64,000 nucleotides of DNA from Arachnia sp. (GCA_041855345.1 JBHAEB010000073.1:154-64153); one strand, 5' to 3'; shown: positions 40,397-50,177, counted from the first letter of the stretch. Notes: generated by a model not told the origin, from the sequence alone. A program made the numbers and translations.

Positions 40397-41397
40397 GTAC
40401 CCGCTACCTGGGATTGGGGTTGCGTAATCCCGTCGTGGCCTCGGCTGGGCCGCTGACGCAGAGCCTCGATGGGATCAAGGCGTTGGCGGATGCTGGGGTT
40501 GGTGCCGTGACCATGTTCTCCCTGTTTGAGGAGCAACTGGCTCGCGACGCGGAACGGTTGGTGGAGCTTGAGGAGCAGATGGCCGACCTTTCTCCCGAGG
40601 CCAGCAGCTTCTTCCCGGAGGTTCCGCGGGCAGAGGCTAGTGCCGTAACCAAGTACCTCAAGCTGGTGGAGCAGGGAGCGGCAGCGATTGATGTTCCGCT
40701 CATCGCCTCCCTCAATGGGGCCTCGCACGGCGGCTGGATCGGGACGGCCAGGCAACTCCAGGATGCTGGGGCGGCTGCGATCGAGCTGAATATCTACTAT
40801 GTGCCTGGCGACCTCAGCTTGGATGGGCCACAGGTGGAGCAACGGCACCTCGATATCGTCGAGGCTGTCAAGAATGTGGTGACGATTCCGGTGGCGGTGA
40901 AACTCAGCCCCTTCTTCTCCTCGGTGGGGACGATGTGCTGCAAACTCGATGCGGCCGGGGCTGACGGATTGGTGCTATTCAACAGGTTCCTGCAGCCCGA
41001 TGTGGATATCGAGAGGCTGGAAGTGGTCAGCGGTGTCACGTTAAGCCAGCCCCATGAGGCGAGACTACCCAGGACCTGGATCGCGGTGCTTCGGGATCGG
41101 GTGAAGGCTTCGCTAGCGGCTACAACCGGGGTCGACGATGCGGGCGATGTGGTCAAATACATCTTGGCTGGGGCGGACGTGGTGTGCACCACTTCTGCGC
41201 TGGTACGTCACGGTATAGCCCACGCCACCACCTTGGTTGAAGGGTTGGATTCGTGGCTGGATTCGCGGCAGCTGACCTTGATCCAGGCACGCGGGATGAT
41301 GGCTGTACCTAAGGACGCCCCAGCCGATCGCTACGAGCGGGCGGGCTACGTCGCTGCTCTGGAGAAGGCCAAGTCCACTTACGGCGCCTTGCATTAG
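40384..41397 (+). CDS. Dihydroorotate dehydrogenase-like protein
   Basis: SLFEEQ, IASLN, IELN, VKLSP, VLFNRF; the nifJ-associated DHOD-like family. Confidence 0.88.
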   Translation: MADLSTRYLGLGLRNPVVASAGPLTQSLDGIKALADAGVGAVTMFSLFEEQLARDAERLVELEEQMADLSPEASSFFPEVPRAEASAVTKYLKLVEQGAAAIDVPLIASLNGASHGGWIGTARQLQDAGAAAIELNIYYVPGDLSLDGPQVEQRHLDIVEAVKNVVTIPVAVKLSPFFSSVGTMCCKLDAAGADGLVLFNRFLQPDVDIERLEVVSGVTLSQPHEARLPRTWIAVLRDRVKASLAATTGVDDAGDVVKYILAGADVVCTTSALVRHGIAHATTLVEGLDSWLDSRQLTLIQARGMMAVPKDAPADRYERAGYVAALEKAKSTYGALH

Positions 41398-41430
41398 TCA
41401 CGGGCGCCAGGACCTGCCTGCTTCGACGCA

Positions 41431-41496
41431 CCTGCTTTTCTGCGATTCACGGCCTTCTAGGTCGGATTTCGGGAGGATGAATCGCGGAAAAGCAGG
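41431..41496. repeat. 66-bp palindromic REP/MITE-like element, copy 2
   Basis: CCTGCTTTTCTGCGATTCA...TGAATCGCGGAAAAGCAGG between convergent genes. Confidence 0.82.
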
Positions 41497-41499
41497 TTG

Positions 41500-42726
41500 C
41501 TAGTCCTGAAGGACCCGCAGCAGTTCGTCGCGTACCCGGGTGGAGCGACGGGGGTTCCGGTCACCGACCACCGCCACCGTCAGCCCACCAGCCGAGGCCG
41601 TAGCCACGGTAGCGGCTGACCCGGCCTTAGCGCGGTCCGCGCGCACGCAGAAGGTGTGGCGACGTTCTGACTCGGCGACGATCATCTCGTTGACTACCGG
41701 ATCATTGCTAGCCGCCAGCACATACCAGGCACCGTCCACATCCTCTGCTTGGGCGCCGCGCAGTTCGACTGTGATGGCTCCGGCTGTGGCCAACCGGCCT
41801 ACCGCGATCCCCAGATTTGGGGAGACCACCCGAACCTTGGCGCCGGCTGCCAACAGCCTCGGGATCCGCCGGGCAGCTACCTGACCGCCACCGACGACCA
41901 GCACATCCCGACCTTCCAAATTGAGACTGGACAGGTATCCGGGGGCACCGTCGCCAACCCCTTCGACACCCAACTCGGCCTGGTAGCGATCGATGACCAG
42001 CTGCGCCAACTCGTCGCAATCCCCGACCACCTCGGCCACCCGCACCTCAACATCCGGGTTTTGCTCAGCCCAGGCCGCTACCTGCTCCAAATTCCAGGTC
42101 CGCAGTTTGCCGGGGAAGAGGAAATGAGGAGCCACAACGATCTGCTTGGCTCCGTTGGCCTTCGCAGCATGCAATGCCTCAGGGATAGAGGGTCGAGAAA
42201 CCTGGATAAAACCGACGTGCATGCTGCCCAGCCCGGTTTCCTCCAGCAGGGTCCTAGCTAAGGCGTAGCGTTGCGCATTGGAGGCGGTCACCAGGGAACC
42301 GCGACCCACGAATACGCACGCGGTGTCCTTGGGACGCCACTGGCCCAGCGCATCCTGCAGGCGTTGCTTCATCGCAGCCAGTAATAGTGGGCTGTGCAGC
42401 AGCGACTGGGTGTATCTCACCCGGGCATCCCCCCGGCCTTCATCGATGGCCCGCGGAATGTCCTCGCGCACATGCTCCCCGGTGGCAAGCATCAATGGCA
42501 CCAGTACGGCATCCACGTCGCCGCTGGGATCCCGATCCGCCAGGGCCTCAGCCACGGCCTCAGCAACGCTCGGTTCCGCCAATTCAATGAACCCCAGGCA
42601 CACCTTCGTGTCCGGCAGCATACGTTGGATGCGATCAGCGACAGCCCGACAGGCAGCCACCCCCTCCGGGTCGCGTGATCCATGGGCCGCGATGATCAGC
42701 GGGGTGTCAGTGTGTGGTGTCGGCAT
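41500..42726 (-). CDS. cbiX: CbiX cobaltochelatase fused to precorrin-2 dehydrogenase (SirC/CysG N-terminal)
   Basis: AHGSRD, GEHVREDIP, VGRGS, FLFPG, then LNLEGRDVLVVGGGQVAARR. Confidence 0.85.
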   Translation of the reverse strand: MPTPHTDTPLIIAAHGSRDPEGVAACRAVADRIQRMLPDTKVCLGFIELAEPSVAEAVAEALADRDPSGDVDAVLVPLMLATGEHVREDIPRAIDEGRGDARVRYTQSLLHSPLLLAAMKQRLQDALGQWRPKDTACVFVGRGSLVTASNAQRYALARTLLEETGLGSMHVGFIQVSRPSIPEALHAAKANGAKQIVVAPHFLFPGKLRTWNLEQVAAWAEQNPDVEVRVAEVVGDCDELAQLVIDRYQAELGVEGVGDGAPGYLSSLNLEGRDVLVVGGGQVAARRIPRLLAAGAKVRVVSPNLGIAVGRLATAGAITVELRGAQAEDVDGAWYVLAASNDPVVNEMIVAESERRHTFCVRADRAKAGSAATVATASAGGLTVAVVGDRNPRRSTRVRDELLRVLQD

Positions 42727-45145
42727 GAGTCGTCTCCTGGGTGAAAGAGTCCATCCATTGGTAATCGCGGGGGGTGACGATCGCCATCTCGCCCCCGCCT
42801 GTTGGTACTGGTTTCGTGGTGGAGGATCCGACGATCACGACGGTGTGCATATCCACCCACTCGGGTTTGAATTCGGTGATGGGGGCCCATCTGATTCGTT
42901 GCTGGGGCCGGAATGCCTCGTGGACCGCGATCACCGGCACTGTGTCGGGGCGGTGACGGCCAAGGATCTCCAAGGCCCGAGGCAGATGCATGGTTCGTTT
43001 CCGGGAGCGAGGGTTGTACAGCACCGTGACGAAATCCCCGAGGGCCGCGGCCTCAAGCCGCTGCTCGATGACCTGCCATGGGGTATGCAAATCCGACAGC
43101 GAAATCGTGACGTGATCATGGCCCAGTGGGGCGCCCAACAGCGCCGAGGCCGCTAATTCGGCTGTGACCCCAGGTATCACTGAAACGTCGATGCCTTCAG
43201 TGCCTAACTCCAAGGTGGGGGAGGCCATGGCGTAGATCGCTGGATCCCCCGAACAGACGAAGGCGACGGCATCACCTTGCCGGGCCCGCTCGATCGCATA
43301 GGCGATCCGGTCCGCCTCCCCACCCATCTTGGTGGCGTAGACCTCGGCGTGGGGGCTGACGAGGTCGCGAATCTGACGGACATAGGGGATATATCCCACA
43401 ACGCAGTTAGCGGTTTCGATGGCCTGCTTCGCCATTGGGGTCAGTAAATCTCGATGCCCAGGCCCCAATCCGACTACGCGTAGCTGTCCTCGAACTGGTA
43501 GCCGACCGACGGCGCAGGTCGCGTCGGTGATCTTGTGTTTGGGCACGATGAGTTCGGCGCCGTGGGCGATCACCGAGGCCTCGCTGACACTGGGTGTACC
43601 AACCTCCGCCTCGACCCGCGGCGACGGGGTTGGCACCTCAATGGCGGCCAACTCCTCGGCGTCATAGCAGACGAATGGAACCCCAAGCTGTTTCGCCAGC
43701 CGTTTCAGCCCACCCTCGCGGGCTTTCGCATCGACACTGGTTATCGCCGCTACCGAATGAATAGCTAGTCCGGCCTGAGCCAAGGTGGCTTCAAGGTGTT
43801 GCCTGAGGATCTGCTCCGATGTGCCACGGTTACATCCCATCCCCACGATCAGCGACGGCGGATACAGCACGACCCGCGGCAGCTGCGTCGGCTCCAGTTG
43901 ATCGATATCCCGGTCAGTGACCACGATCAACGCGTGGGCCTGGTCGGTGGCCAGATCCGCTGAGACATTTTCCGGCATCGACGGCAGCGGCCAGGGCAGG
44001 TCGCGAATCACCTTGACCGGGTGGCCATCCAGCATGGCCCCGGTTACTGCTGCGACATCGCCGCTATGGCGCCACCCAAGGGTATCTAGGGCCGGGATAC
44101 CCAGCGAATCGGTGGCAGTGGTCACCACAGCGGTGGCCCCCAGCCCCTCCGCCAAGGTGGTGGCTAATTCATTGGCGCCACCGACATGGCCGCCGATCAG
44201 CGGCACGACGAAACGGCCACCCTGATCAATGACCACCACTCCCGGGTCGGTTTTCTTCGATCCGAGGAGGGGCGCCAGGATGCGAGCGGTGGCGCCCAAA
44301 GCCAGGTGAGAGATCACCAGGTCGCATTCCTCGAAGGCTTGGGGGAGCCCTTGGGTAGTGGGCCCATCGTAGATGCGGGTGTCACCGATCAGTTTCGTAA
44401 TCCGCTGGGCTCGTTCCCGGGAGGCTGCCGAATTCACCACCTGGCCGATGACTAGGGACTCAGCGGCCGCGGTGCGTTGGAGGGCTACCTCCGCGACTGC
44501 GATCTGAGCTGGCCGGGTGGTATCGACCGGAGTTTCATCCCAGTCCTGGTCGGGATGGCGTTCCAGAACCAACACCACATTGGGGTGGCTGACATCGTCG
44601 AGGATGCCGAGTTCGTCCGCGGTGAGGATACGGACCCGCTCGTCGGTTTCCCCAAGCCGCTCCGCCAGCACGAAAACCCGCCCCAGATCCGCCAAGGGTT
44701 CACTGAGCTGGGATAGGGGTTGGCGCGGATCGGTCATCACCGCGACCTTCGAGTAGCGGCGAGCCGCCGCCAAAGCAGGGGCGACGGGGCGGCCGTGGAT
44801 GGAGACTGTCACCGCATCATCCCAGGGCAAGCCAACCCGGGCGAAGGCCTCAGCCACCGAGGATGCCTTGGTGATGACCCGCGGCCGCAGCCCCGCCGAG
44901 CGTAGTTTCCGCACCACCCCAAACCACAGCGGATCCCCGGAGGCCAGAACCACCACGTCGGTGTCCTCAGGAAGTTCCTGGATCTGCTGCACCGCAGCGG
45001 TGAGGGCCCCGAGCCCGATCCGTTTGTCTTCGGCTACCGCTAACTCGTCGAGGTGACGTCGCCCGCCGACGACAACATCGGCTTTCGCGACGGCGTCGCG
45101 CAGTTCTGGGCTGGGGGCACCGAGATGTCCGTAAACCGTGATCAC
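42707..45145 (-). CDS. cbiEGH: CbiE-CbiG-CbiH fusion (cobalt-precorrin methyltransferases/hydrolase)
   Basis: VGGRRHL and LASGDP (CbiE); KKTDPGVVV, GGHVGGAN, TTATD, GMGCNRG (CbiG); VGLGPG, SLSDLHTPW, LYNPRS, TPRDY (CbiH). Confidence 0.88.
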   Translation of the reverse strand: MITVYGHLGAPSPELRDAVAKADVVVGGRRHLDELAVAEDKRIGLGALTAAVQQIQELPEDTDVVVLASGDPLWFGVVRKLRSAGLRPRVITKASSVAEAFARVGLPWDDAVTVSIHGRPVAPALAAARRYSKVAVMTDPRQPLSQLSEPLADLGRVFVLAERLGETDERVRILTADELGILDDVSHPNVVLVLERHPDQDWDETPVDTTRPAQIAVAEVALQRTAAAESLVIGQVVNSAASRERAQRITKLIGDTRIYDGPTTQGLPQAFEECDLVISHLALGATARILAPLLGSKKTDPGVVVIDQGGRFVVPLIGGHVGGANELATTLAEGLGATAVVTTATDSLGIPALDTLGWRHSGDVAAVTGAMLDGHPVKVIRDLPWPLPSMPENVSADLATDQAHALIVVTDRDIDQLEPTQLPRVVLYPPSLIVGMGCNRGTSEQILRQHLEATLAQAGLAIHSVAAITSVDAKAREGGLKRLAKQLGVPFVCYDAEELAAIEVPTPSPRVEAEVGTPSVSEASVIAHGAELIVPKHKITDATCAVGRLPVRGQLRVVGLGPGHRDLLTPMAKQAIETANCVVGYIPYVRQIRDLVSPHAEVYATKMGGEADRIAYAIERARQGDAVAFVCSGDPAIYAMASPTLELGTEGIDVSVIPGVTAELAASALLGAPLGHDHVTISLSDLHTPWQVIEQRLEAAALGDFVTVLYNPRSRKRTMHLPRALEILGRHRPDTVPVIAVHEAFRPQQRIRWAPITEFKPEWVDMHTVVIVGSSTTKPVPTGGGEMAIVTPRDYQWMDSFTQETTHADTTH

Positions 45146-45996
45146 TGTTGGCCTTTCAGGGTGTATGCGGTGGCGCCGTCGGCACGTAGGGTTTCAGCCG
45201 CGGTCTCGTCGGCATCGCGGTAGCCGTGACGGAACCCAGGGTGGTAGAGGTGGGAACGTTTCGCGGCTCGACCTTCGGCAAGGGCGGGCCCTACTAGCAC
45301 CACAGTGTGCTTCCACAGCTTGTGTTCCTTCATGGTGGCAGATAGCTCCCGCAACGGCACCCGCCATAGCTGCTCATCGGGCCAGGTCACTCGGTAGCCG
45401 ATGATGCATGGGGTTTCAGGATCGTAGCCGCCCTTCAGCAAGGCATCTTGGAGTTGCTTGTTGCGGGCTGCTGATAGGTAGATCGCCATCGTTGTGCCGT
45501 GGGCGGCGAAGGCGCGGATGTTCTCCTTGGGAGGCATTGGGGTGCGTCCCCCCTCAAGCCGGGTCAAAATCAGCGATTGCGCCACTTCTGGAAGGGTGAT
45601 CTCAACATCCAGCCGGGCAGCGGTGGCGGAGAAGGCTGAGATCCCTGGGATCGTCTCGGTGGGGATCCCCAGCTGGGCGCACAGATCCCGCTGCTCCGCC
45701 GTCGCCCCGTAAATATCGGGGTCGCCGGTGTGGACGCGGGCCACCAGCAGCTGTTCGTCGCGGGCCCGGGTATACAGCGGGACGAGTTCTTCCAGCGGGA
45801 TAGATGCCGAGTCGATGATCTCCGCATCGGGTTTGTGATTGGCGATGATCCCAGGGTGGACGAGCGAGGATGCCCAGATGATGATGTCTGCCTGGGCGAT
45901 GACCCGGGAGCCGCGGATCGTGATGAGATCGTCGGCACCTGGCCCAGCCCCAACGAAAACCACAAGCCCCTTGGGGGATAGCCTCAATCCGCTCAT
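45142..45996 (-). CDS. cbiF: Cobalt-precorrin-4 C11-methyltransferase (CobM/CbiF)
   Basis: VGAGPGADDLIT, RVHTGDPDIYG, PEVAQSLILTR, SHLY. Confidence 0.93.
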   Translation of the reverse strand: MSGLRLSPKGLVVFVGAGPGADDLITIRGSRVIAQADIIIWASSLVHPGIIANHKPDAEIIDSASIPLEELVPLYTRARDEQLLVARVHTGDPDIYGATAEQRDLCAQLGIPTETIPGISAFSATAARLDVEITLPEVAQSLILTRLEGGRTPMPPKENIRAFAAHGTTMAIYLSAARNKQLQDALLKGGYDPETPCIIGYRVTWPDEQLWRVPLRELSATMKEHKLWKHTVVLVGPALAEGRAAKRSHLYHPGFRHGYRDADETAAETLRADGATAYTLKGQQ

Positions 45997-46739
45997 ATTC
46001 TTCCTCCAGTAGTAGACCGCTTCGGGGCGGCCAGGACTGTGCTGAAATAGGGGGCTCGTCGCCCAACCTCGGACAATGGCACGATGTTTTCGCTTGGCAA
46101 TCCCAGATCTACGCCAACGACCGCATCGTCGAGGCGCCCCTGCTGGTCTAGGGCCGTACGTAGCTGGTCGATCTCGCGGCCACTTTTGTAGATCACTACC
46201 GCATCGGAGCTATCGCAGACCCGGGCTAGGGCTTCTTCGCCGACGGTCCACGGCACCAGGGACAGGATTTCTTGACCCTCCACCAGCGGGATTCGGCTGG
46301 TGGCTGCCAACGCCTGCATGGCAGTGATCCCGGGAATAACCTCGACGCTGACCTGAAGCTGCTGGGTGACCAGATCGCTGAGGTAGGAGAAGGTGGAGAA
46401 CACCGATGGATCCCCAACTGTGGCGAAAGCTACCACTCGACTGCCCGAGTTGAAGGCCGTCACTGCCTCGGCTGCGGATAGCTCCCAGGCCCGGGTTCGT
46501 TGGGTGCCAACGCCGCGTCGCTCAGCCATAGCGAAGGGGATTCGACGGATGCGCTCCCGGCTGTCGGCAAGATGATGCAGCACGATCTGTTCCGCACGAC
46601 CAACACCCTGGGAACGGGTTTCAGTGCTGGGCACCAGGATCACATCGGCAGCTTCTAGGGCACGTAAGGCCTTGACTGTGATCAGTTCGGGGTCTCCTGG
46701 GCCCACACCGACGCCGATGAGGACGCGTTCAGCACTCAT
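45993..46739 (-). CDS. cbiL: Cobalt-factor II C20-methyltransferase (CobI/CbiL)
   Basis: GVGVGPGDPELITVKA, GDPSVFSTF, PGITA, PYFS; ATG at 46739 with SD. Confidence 0.92.
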   Translation of the reverse strand: MSAERVLIGVGVGPGDPELITVKALRALEAADVILVPSTETRSQGVGRAEQIVLHHLADSRERIRRIPFAMAERRGVGTQRTRAWELSAAEAVTAFNSGSRVVAFATVGDPSVFSTFSYLSDLVTQQLQVSVEVIPGITAMQALAATSRIPLVEGQEILSLVPWTVGEEALARVCDSSDAVVIYKSGREIDQLRTALDQQGRLDDAVVGVDLGLPSENIVPLSEVGRRAPYFSTVLAAPKRSTTGGRI

Positions 46740-46918
46740 GCAGTCTCCTTCGCCTAATCCCATCGTCGATGAGCTCCGCCAGGACGAGCTGGCGTGGTTG
46801 GACCGGCTGATGGGCACTCGTGGCTCATCACCCTAGCCCTGCCCATGTGGCGGGTAACGACGGGGTCGGCCAAGGCGACTTCCCATTCAGGGCTGGTCGA
46901 GGTTTGGGGGTTTCTGGC

Positions 46919-47069
46919 TCGTGGTGGTCAGGGATGAAGCTGGCTGGGGCGGTGTCGTCAGCGGCTCTATCCGCTTACCCGTCGTGGCTGGTCGGGTCTG
47001 AGGGATGCTGCGTCGTGGCGGCCAGGGATGAGACCGGCTGGGGCGGTGTCGTCAGCGGCTCGATCTGCT
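46919..47069. repeat. 57-bp imperfect direct repeat pair in the divergent cbi intergenic region
   Basis: Copies at 46919-46975 and 47013-47069 share GGCTGGGGCGGTGTCGTCAGCGGCTC. Confidence 0.78.
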
Positions 47070-47122
47070 GGGTGAGTGGGGTAGCGCTGAGACCACTCGG
47101 GGTGACCACTAGGCTGAGGGCC

Positions 47123-47776
47123 GTGACCCACGACTACATTCGAACCGGCGCTGAGATCTATGCCAGGTCCTTTGAAATCATCCGCGAGGAGTCGAACCTG
47201 GAGCGTTTCCCCGATGATGTTGAGTTTGTCGCGGTGCGCATGATCCACGCTGCAGCTGACCCGGCCATTGCCGATAGCATCGCCTTCAGCCCTGGTGTGG
47301 CCCGGACTGGGTTGGCTGCGTTGGAGGCGGGCGCCCCCATTCTGTGTGATTCTTCGATGGTGGCCTCTGGGATCATCCGGAGTCGGCTGCCGGAACACAC
47401 CCAGATCGTGTGCCACATCAAAGATCCCCGGTTGGCTGAATTGGCCCAGCAGCGTAATTCCACGAAGGCCGCGGCGGCCGTCGATTTATGGCACCAAGAG
47501 GGGTTGCTCGACGGCGGAATCGTCGCCATTGGGAACGCTCCCACCGCGCTATTTCGGGTGTTGGAAATCATGAAAGAAACCGGGGCTCGGCCGGCCGCTA
47601 TCGTCGGTATTCCAGTTGGTTTCGTTGGGGCTGCGGAGTCAAAGGATGCCCTGGTTGCGGATCCCTGCGGTGCTGAGTACATCACGGTGCTGGGGCGTCG
47701 TGGCGGATCTGCGATGACGGTGGCCGCGGTTAACGCCATCGCGAGTCGCGCTGAGACCACCAATGACCGAAGCTGA
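47123..47776 (+). CDS. cbiC: Precorrin-8X methylmutase (CobH/CbiC)
   Basis: IYARSFEII, RMIHA, IGNAPTAL, PVGFVGAAESK, GRRGGS; leaderless GTG after TAGGCT. Confidence 0.94.
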   Translation: MTHDYIRTGAEIYARSFEIIREESNLERFPDDVEFVAVRMIHAAADPAIADSIAFSPGVARTGLAALEAGAPILCDSSMVASGIIRSRLPEHTQIVCHIKDPRLAELAQQRNSTKAAAAVDLWHQEGLLDGGIVAIGNAPTALFRVLEIMKETGARPAAIVGIPVGFVGAAESKDALVADPCGAEYITVLGRRGGSAMTVAAVNAIASRAETTNDRS

Positions 47777-48905
47777 CCGGACGTTGGCGGCTGAATCGCG
47801 ACAAGCCTTACGGCCGCGGGGTCGTGCCGCTCAGCTTGAGCGGTCTCAGCTGCGGCCAGGGTGGACCACTGGGGCCTGTGCCTGTGCTGCCGCGACGAGC
47901 GCCTTCGTTGCGCTCCATACTGGCGAGTTTCCCGACCCGGTAGAGATTGTCCTGCCTGGTCAGCGACGTGTTTGCTTTGCGCTTACCCAGTCTCGGCTAG
48001 GCGAGGCAGGCGCGATGGCGGCGGTCACTAAGGACGCTGGCGACGATCCGGATGTCACCCACGGCGCGATTATTCGAGCCACCGTCGATTTCCACGATGG
48101 TGACGGCATTGAGTTTGTGGGTGGGGAAGGTGTCGGATCGGTGACCTTGCCGGGGTTGCCAATGCCGGTGGGTGAGCCGGCTATCAACCCAGTTCCACGG
48201 CAATATATTGCCGATAATATTGCTGCTGCGGCGAAGCAACTAGGGGTGGCGCCCTCGGCGCGGATCACTATCTCCATCGACGATGGGGAGCGAATCGCGA
48301 CAAAGACGTGGAATTCCCGGATTGGGGTTATCGGTGGGCTGAGTGTACTGGGAACTACTGGGGTGGTGGTGCCCTATTCCTGTTCAGCCTGGATTGCCTC
48401 GATTCATCGCGGGATCGATGTCGCGGTGGCTGTTGGCGCCGATCATGCCGCCGCCTGTACCGGGTCTACCTCGGAGCGGGTAGCGGAGCAGCTTTATCCC
48501 GGTATTGAACTGCTGGATATGGGGGATTTTGCTGGGGCGGTGCTGAAATATATAAAGAAACATCCGATCCCGAAGCTCAGCATTGTCGGTGGGGTGGCAA
48601 AGCTGTCTAAGTTGGCTGCTGGATTCATGGATCTTCATTCCCATCGCACCCAGATTCAACCGGGGTATTTACGTGACTTAGTTGCCGAGGCGGGGGCTTC
48701 TGCTGGATTGCAGGAGGAAATTGCTGAGACCAGCACCGTCGCCCATGCCGTCACCTTGGCGGCCCGCGAGGGCATCGACCTAGCTGCCCTCATCGCCCAG
48801 CAGGCTCGGTTGGAAGCGTTGGCCGTGGTGGCTGGAGCACCGGTTGAGGTAGAGGTCGTCGTCATCGACCGGGCGGGAGAAATCCTGGCGCGAGCCAGTT
48901 TCTGA
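47763..48905 (+). CDS. cbiD: Cobalt-precorrin-5B C1-methyltransferase
   Basis: GWTTGACA, KDAGDDPDVTHGA, AINPVPR, GGLSVLGTTG, DLHS. Confidence 0.95.
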   Translation: MTEADRTLAAESRQALRPRGRAAQLERSQLRPGWTTGACACAAATSAFVALHTGEFPDPVEIVLPGQRRVCFALTQSRLGEAGAMAAVTKDAGDDPDVTHGAIIRATVDFHDGDGIEFVGGEGVGSVTLPGLPMPVGEPAINPVPRQYIADNIAAAAKQLGVAPSARITISIDDGERIATKTWNSRIGVIGGLSVLGTTGVVVPYSCSAWIASIHRGIDVAVAVGADHAAACTGSTSERVAEQLYPGIELLDMGDFAGAVLKYIKKHPIPKLSIVGGVAKLSKLAAGFMDLHSHRTQIQPGYLRDLVAEAGASAGLQEEIAETSTVAHAVTLAAREGIDLAALIAQQARLEALAVVAGAPVEVEVVVIDRAGEILARASF

Positions 48906-49356
48906 CCTGCGATATCGATGCAGATGACCTTCAGTCTTGTGCATCGCGAACCTGGCTGAGCCGTCAAACAGACTCGGGTCCTTGAGCGCCTAGGAAATCA
49001 CCGCCACTGCATCGGGCCGACGATATCCATCGGAGCTGAGGCTGAGCATTATCGCTTTGAACATGGCGATGCAGAGATCTGCTCAACACTGTCCCCGAAC
49101 TGGAATAAAGGAGGGGTGAATCGGGGCCGACGTCAGTTCGGCAGGCGCCGGATCGGGGTGGCTGGAGGCATATTCTCCTTCCGATCTCCTACCGTATTGC
49201 CATTATTGAGGGCCACGGGCGTTTCAGGATGGTCTGAATTCTCATCATTGAGGTCTGTTCATCCTGCTTCGTGCGCACCGACTGAAAGCCGTTGCGATGA
49301 ATAATCAGCGCGATAGGGATGGTGTCGCACTTCACGGGCGATGATCCGAGAATGGC

Positions 49357-50025
49357 TCACCGTTTGGTGTCGGCGGTTAGGGCTGAATCGAGCACGGGCC
49401 GTATGGCGTTGATTGTCTCGGCGAGATAGCCCTTTTTGACGCGACGAAGGGCCTCGGTGATGGCCTGCCCTTGCCCCCGCCAGTTGTGTTGGGTTAGCAG
49501 TGGCGGCAGATCCTGCCAGGCGTAGAGGCCATCGTGGTCGCGGAGGATCCGGGCCAGCTCATCGAGGAGGTCGGCTGGTGGTTGGGTGCTGGGTACCAGT
49601 GCGAGTGCAGTTTGGATGGCTTGGATGCTGGCGTCATCGTCGTCGTGGTCAGCTGCGGTGAGGAGGCGTAGGGCCAGTTCGGGTCGGGGAGTCACCTGGT
49701 CGACCAGGTCGTGCACGCTCCACAGATCTGCGACTGCGTCGTCGTCGAGGATCAGGCGGTCGACGAAGGCGTCGGCGGACTCGAAACGTGGGACCGGCGG
49801 CGGGTCATCGTGGACGTAGACGAAGACCAGACCTTCGAGTGGTCCGTGGTCGTAAACCCCGGCGTAGTTAGATTCGTCGTCGTACCACAGCAGCGGGCCC
49901 AATCCCACCTGATCCTCGAATTCGGCGTCGCGTTCCTCAGGTTCTAGCGGCCGAATCAGCGATTCGACCGGGGAGTTGGCGCGCCATTGCCGGTGACGGT
50001 TCACAGCAGCTTCCCACTGGGTCAT
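49357..50025 (-). CDS. Hypothetical protein with SUKH-like N-terminal half and helical C-terminus (putative immunity protein)
   Basis: LWYDDESNYAGVY..GPLEGLV..YVHD..PRFESADAF resembles the beta-meander of SMI1/KNR4 proteins. Confidence 0.55.
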   Translation of the reverse strand: MTQWEAAVNRHRQWRANSPVESLIRPLEPEERDAEFEDQVGLGPLLWYDDESNYAGVYDHGPLEGLVFVYVHDDPPPVPRFESADAFVDRLILDDDAVADLWSVHDLVDQVTPRPELALRLLTAADHDDDDASIQAIQTALALVPSTQPPADLLDELARILRDHDGLYAWQDLPPLLTQHNWRGQGQAITEALRRVKKGYLAETINAIRPVLDSALTADTKR

Positions 50026-50177
50026 CAGGCCTCCAAACGTTTCGTATTCGGCTGAAGGTCCAGGATGTCATGACCTGGGGATGGGGGTACATCAGGCAGG
50101 ATGCCTAGGGTGCATCGAGCAGATTCTCATGGTGGAGTGTGCAGGGTCTGCGCTGCACCCTGCGCGCAGACATCCGC

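Noticed and set aside
46740-46920. Cobalamin riboswitch upstream of cbiL
   Set aside because: Isolated GGGAA and GAGCCAGA words occur on the minus strand but not in the right order, and no core stem could be built.
46948-46958. GGCGGTGTCGT in the cbi repeats matching the IS30 end at 61857
   Set aside because: Only 11 GC-rich bases; similarity stops there, so likely chance.
46820-47122. N-terminal extension of cbiC
   Set aside because: Reads through the repeat region; leaderless GTG 47123 fits better.
48906-49356. Possible gene remnant after cbiD
   Set aside because: Multiple stops in all frames and no recognisable motif.
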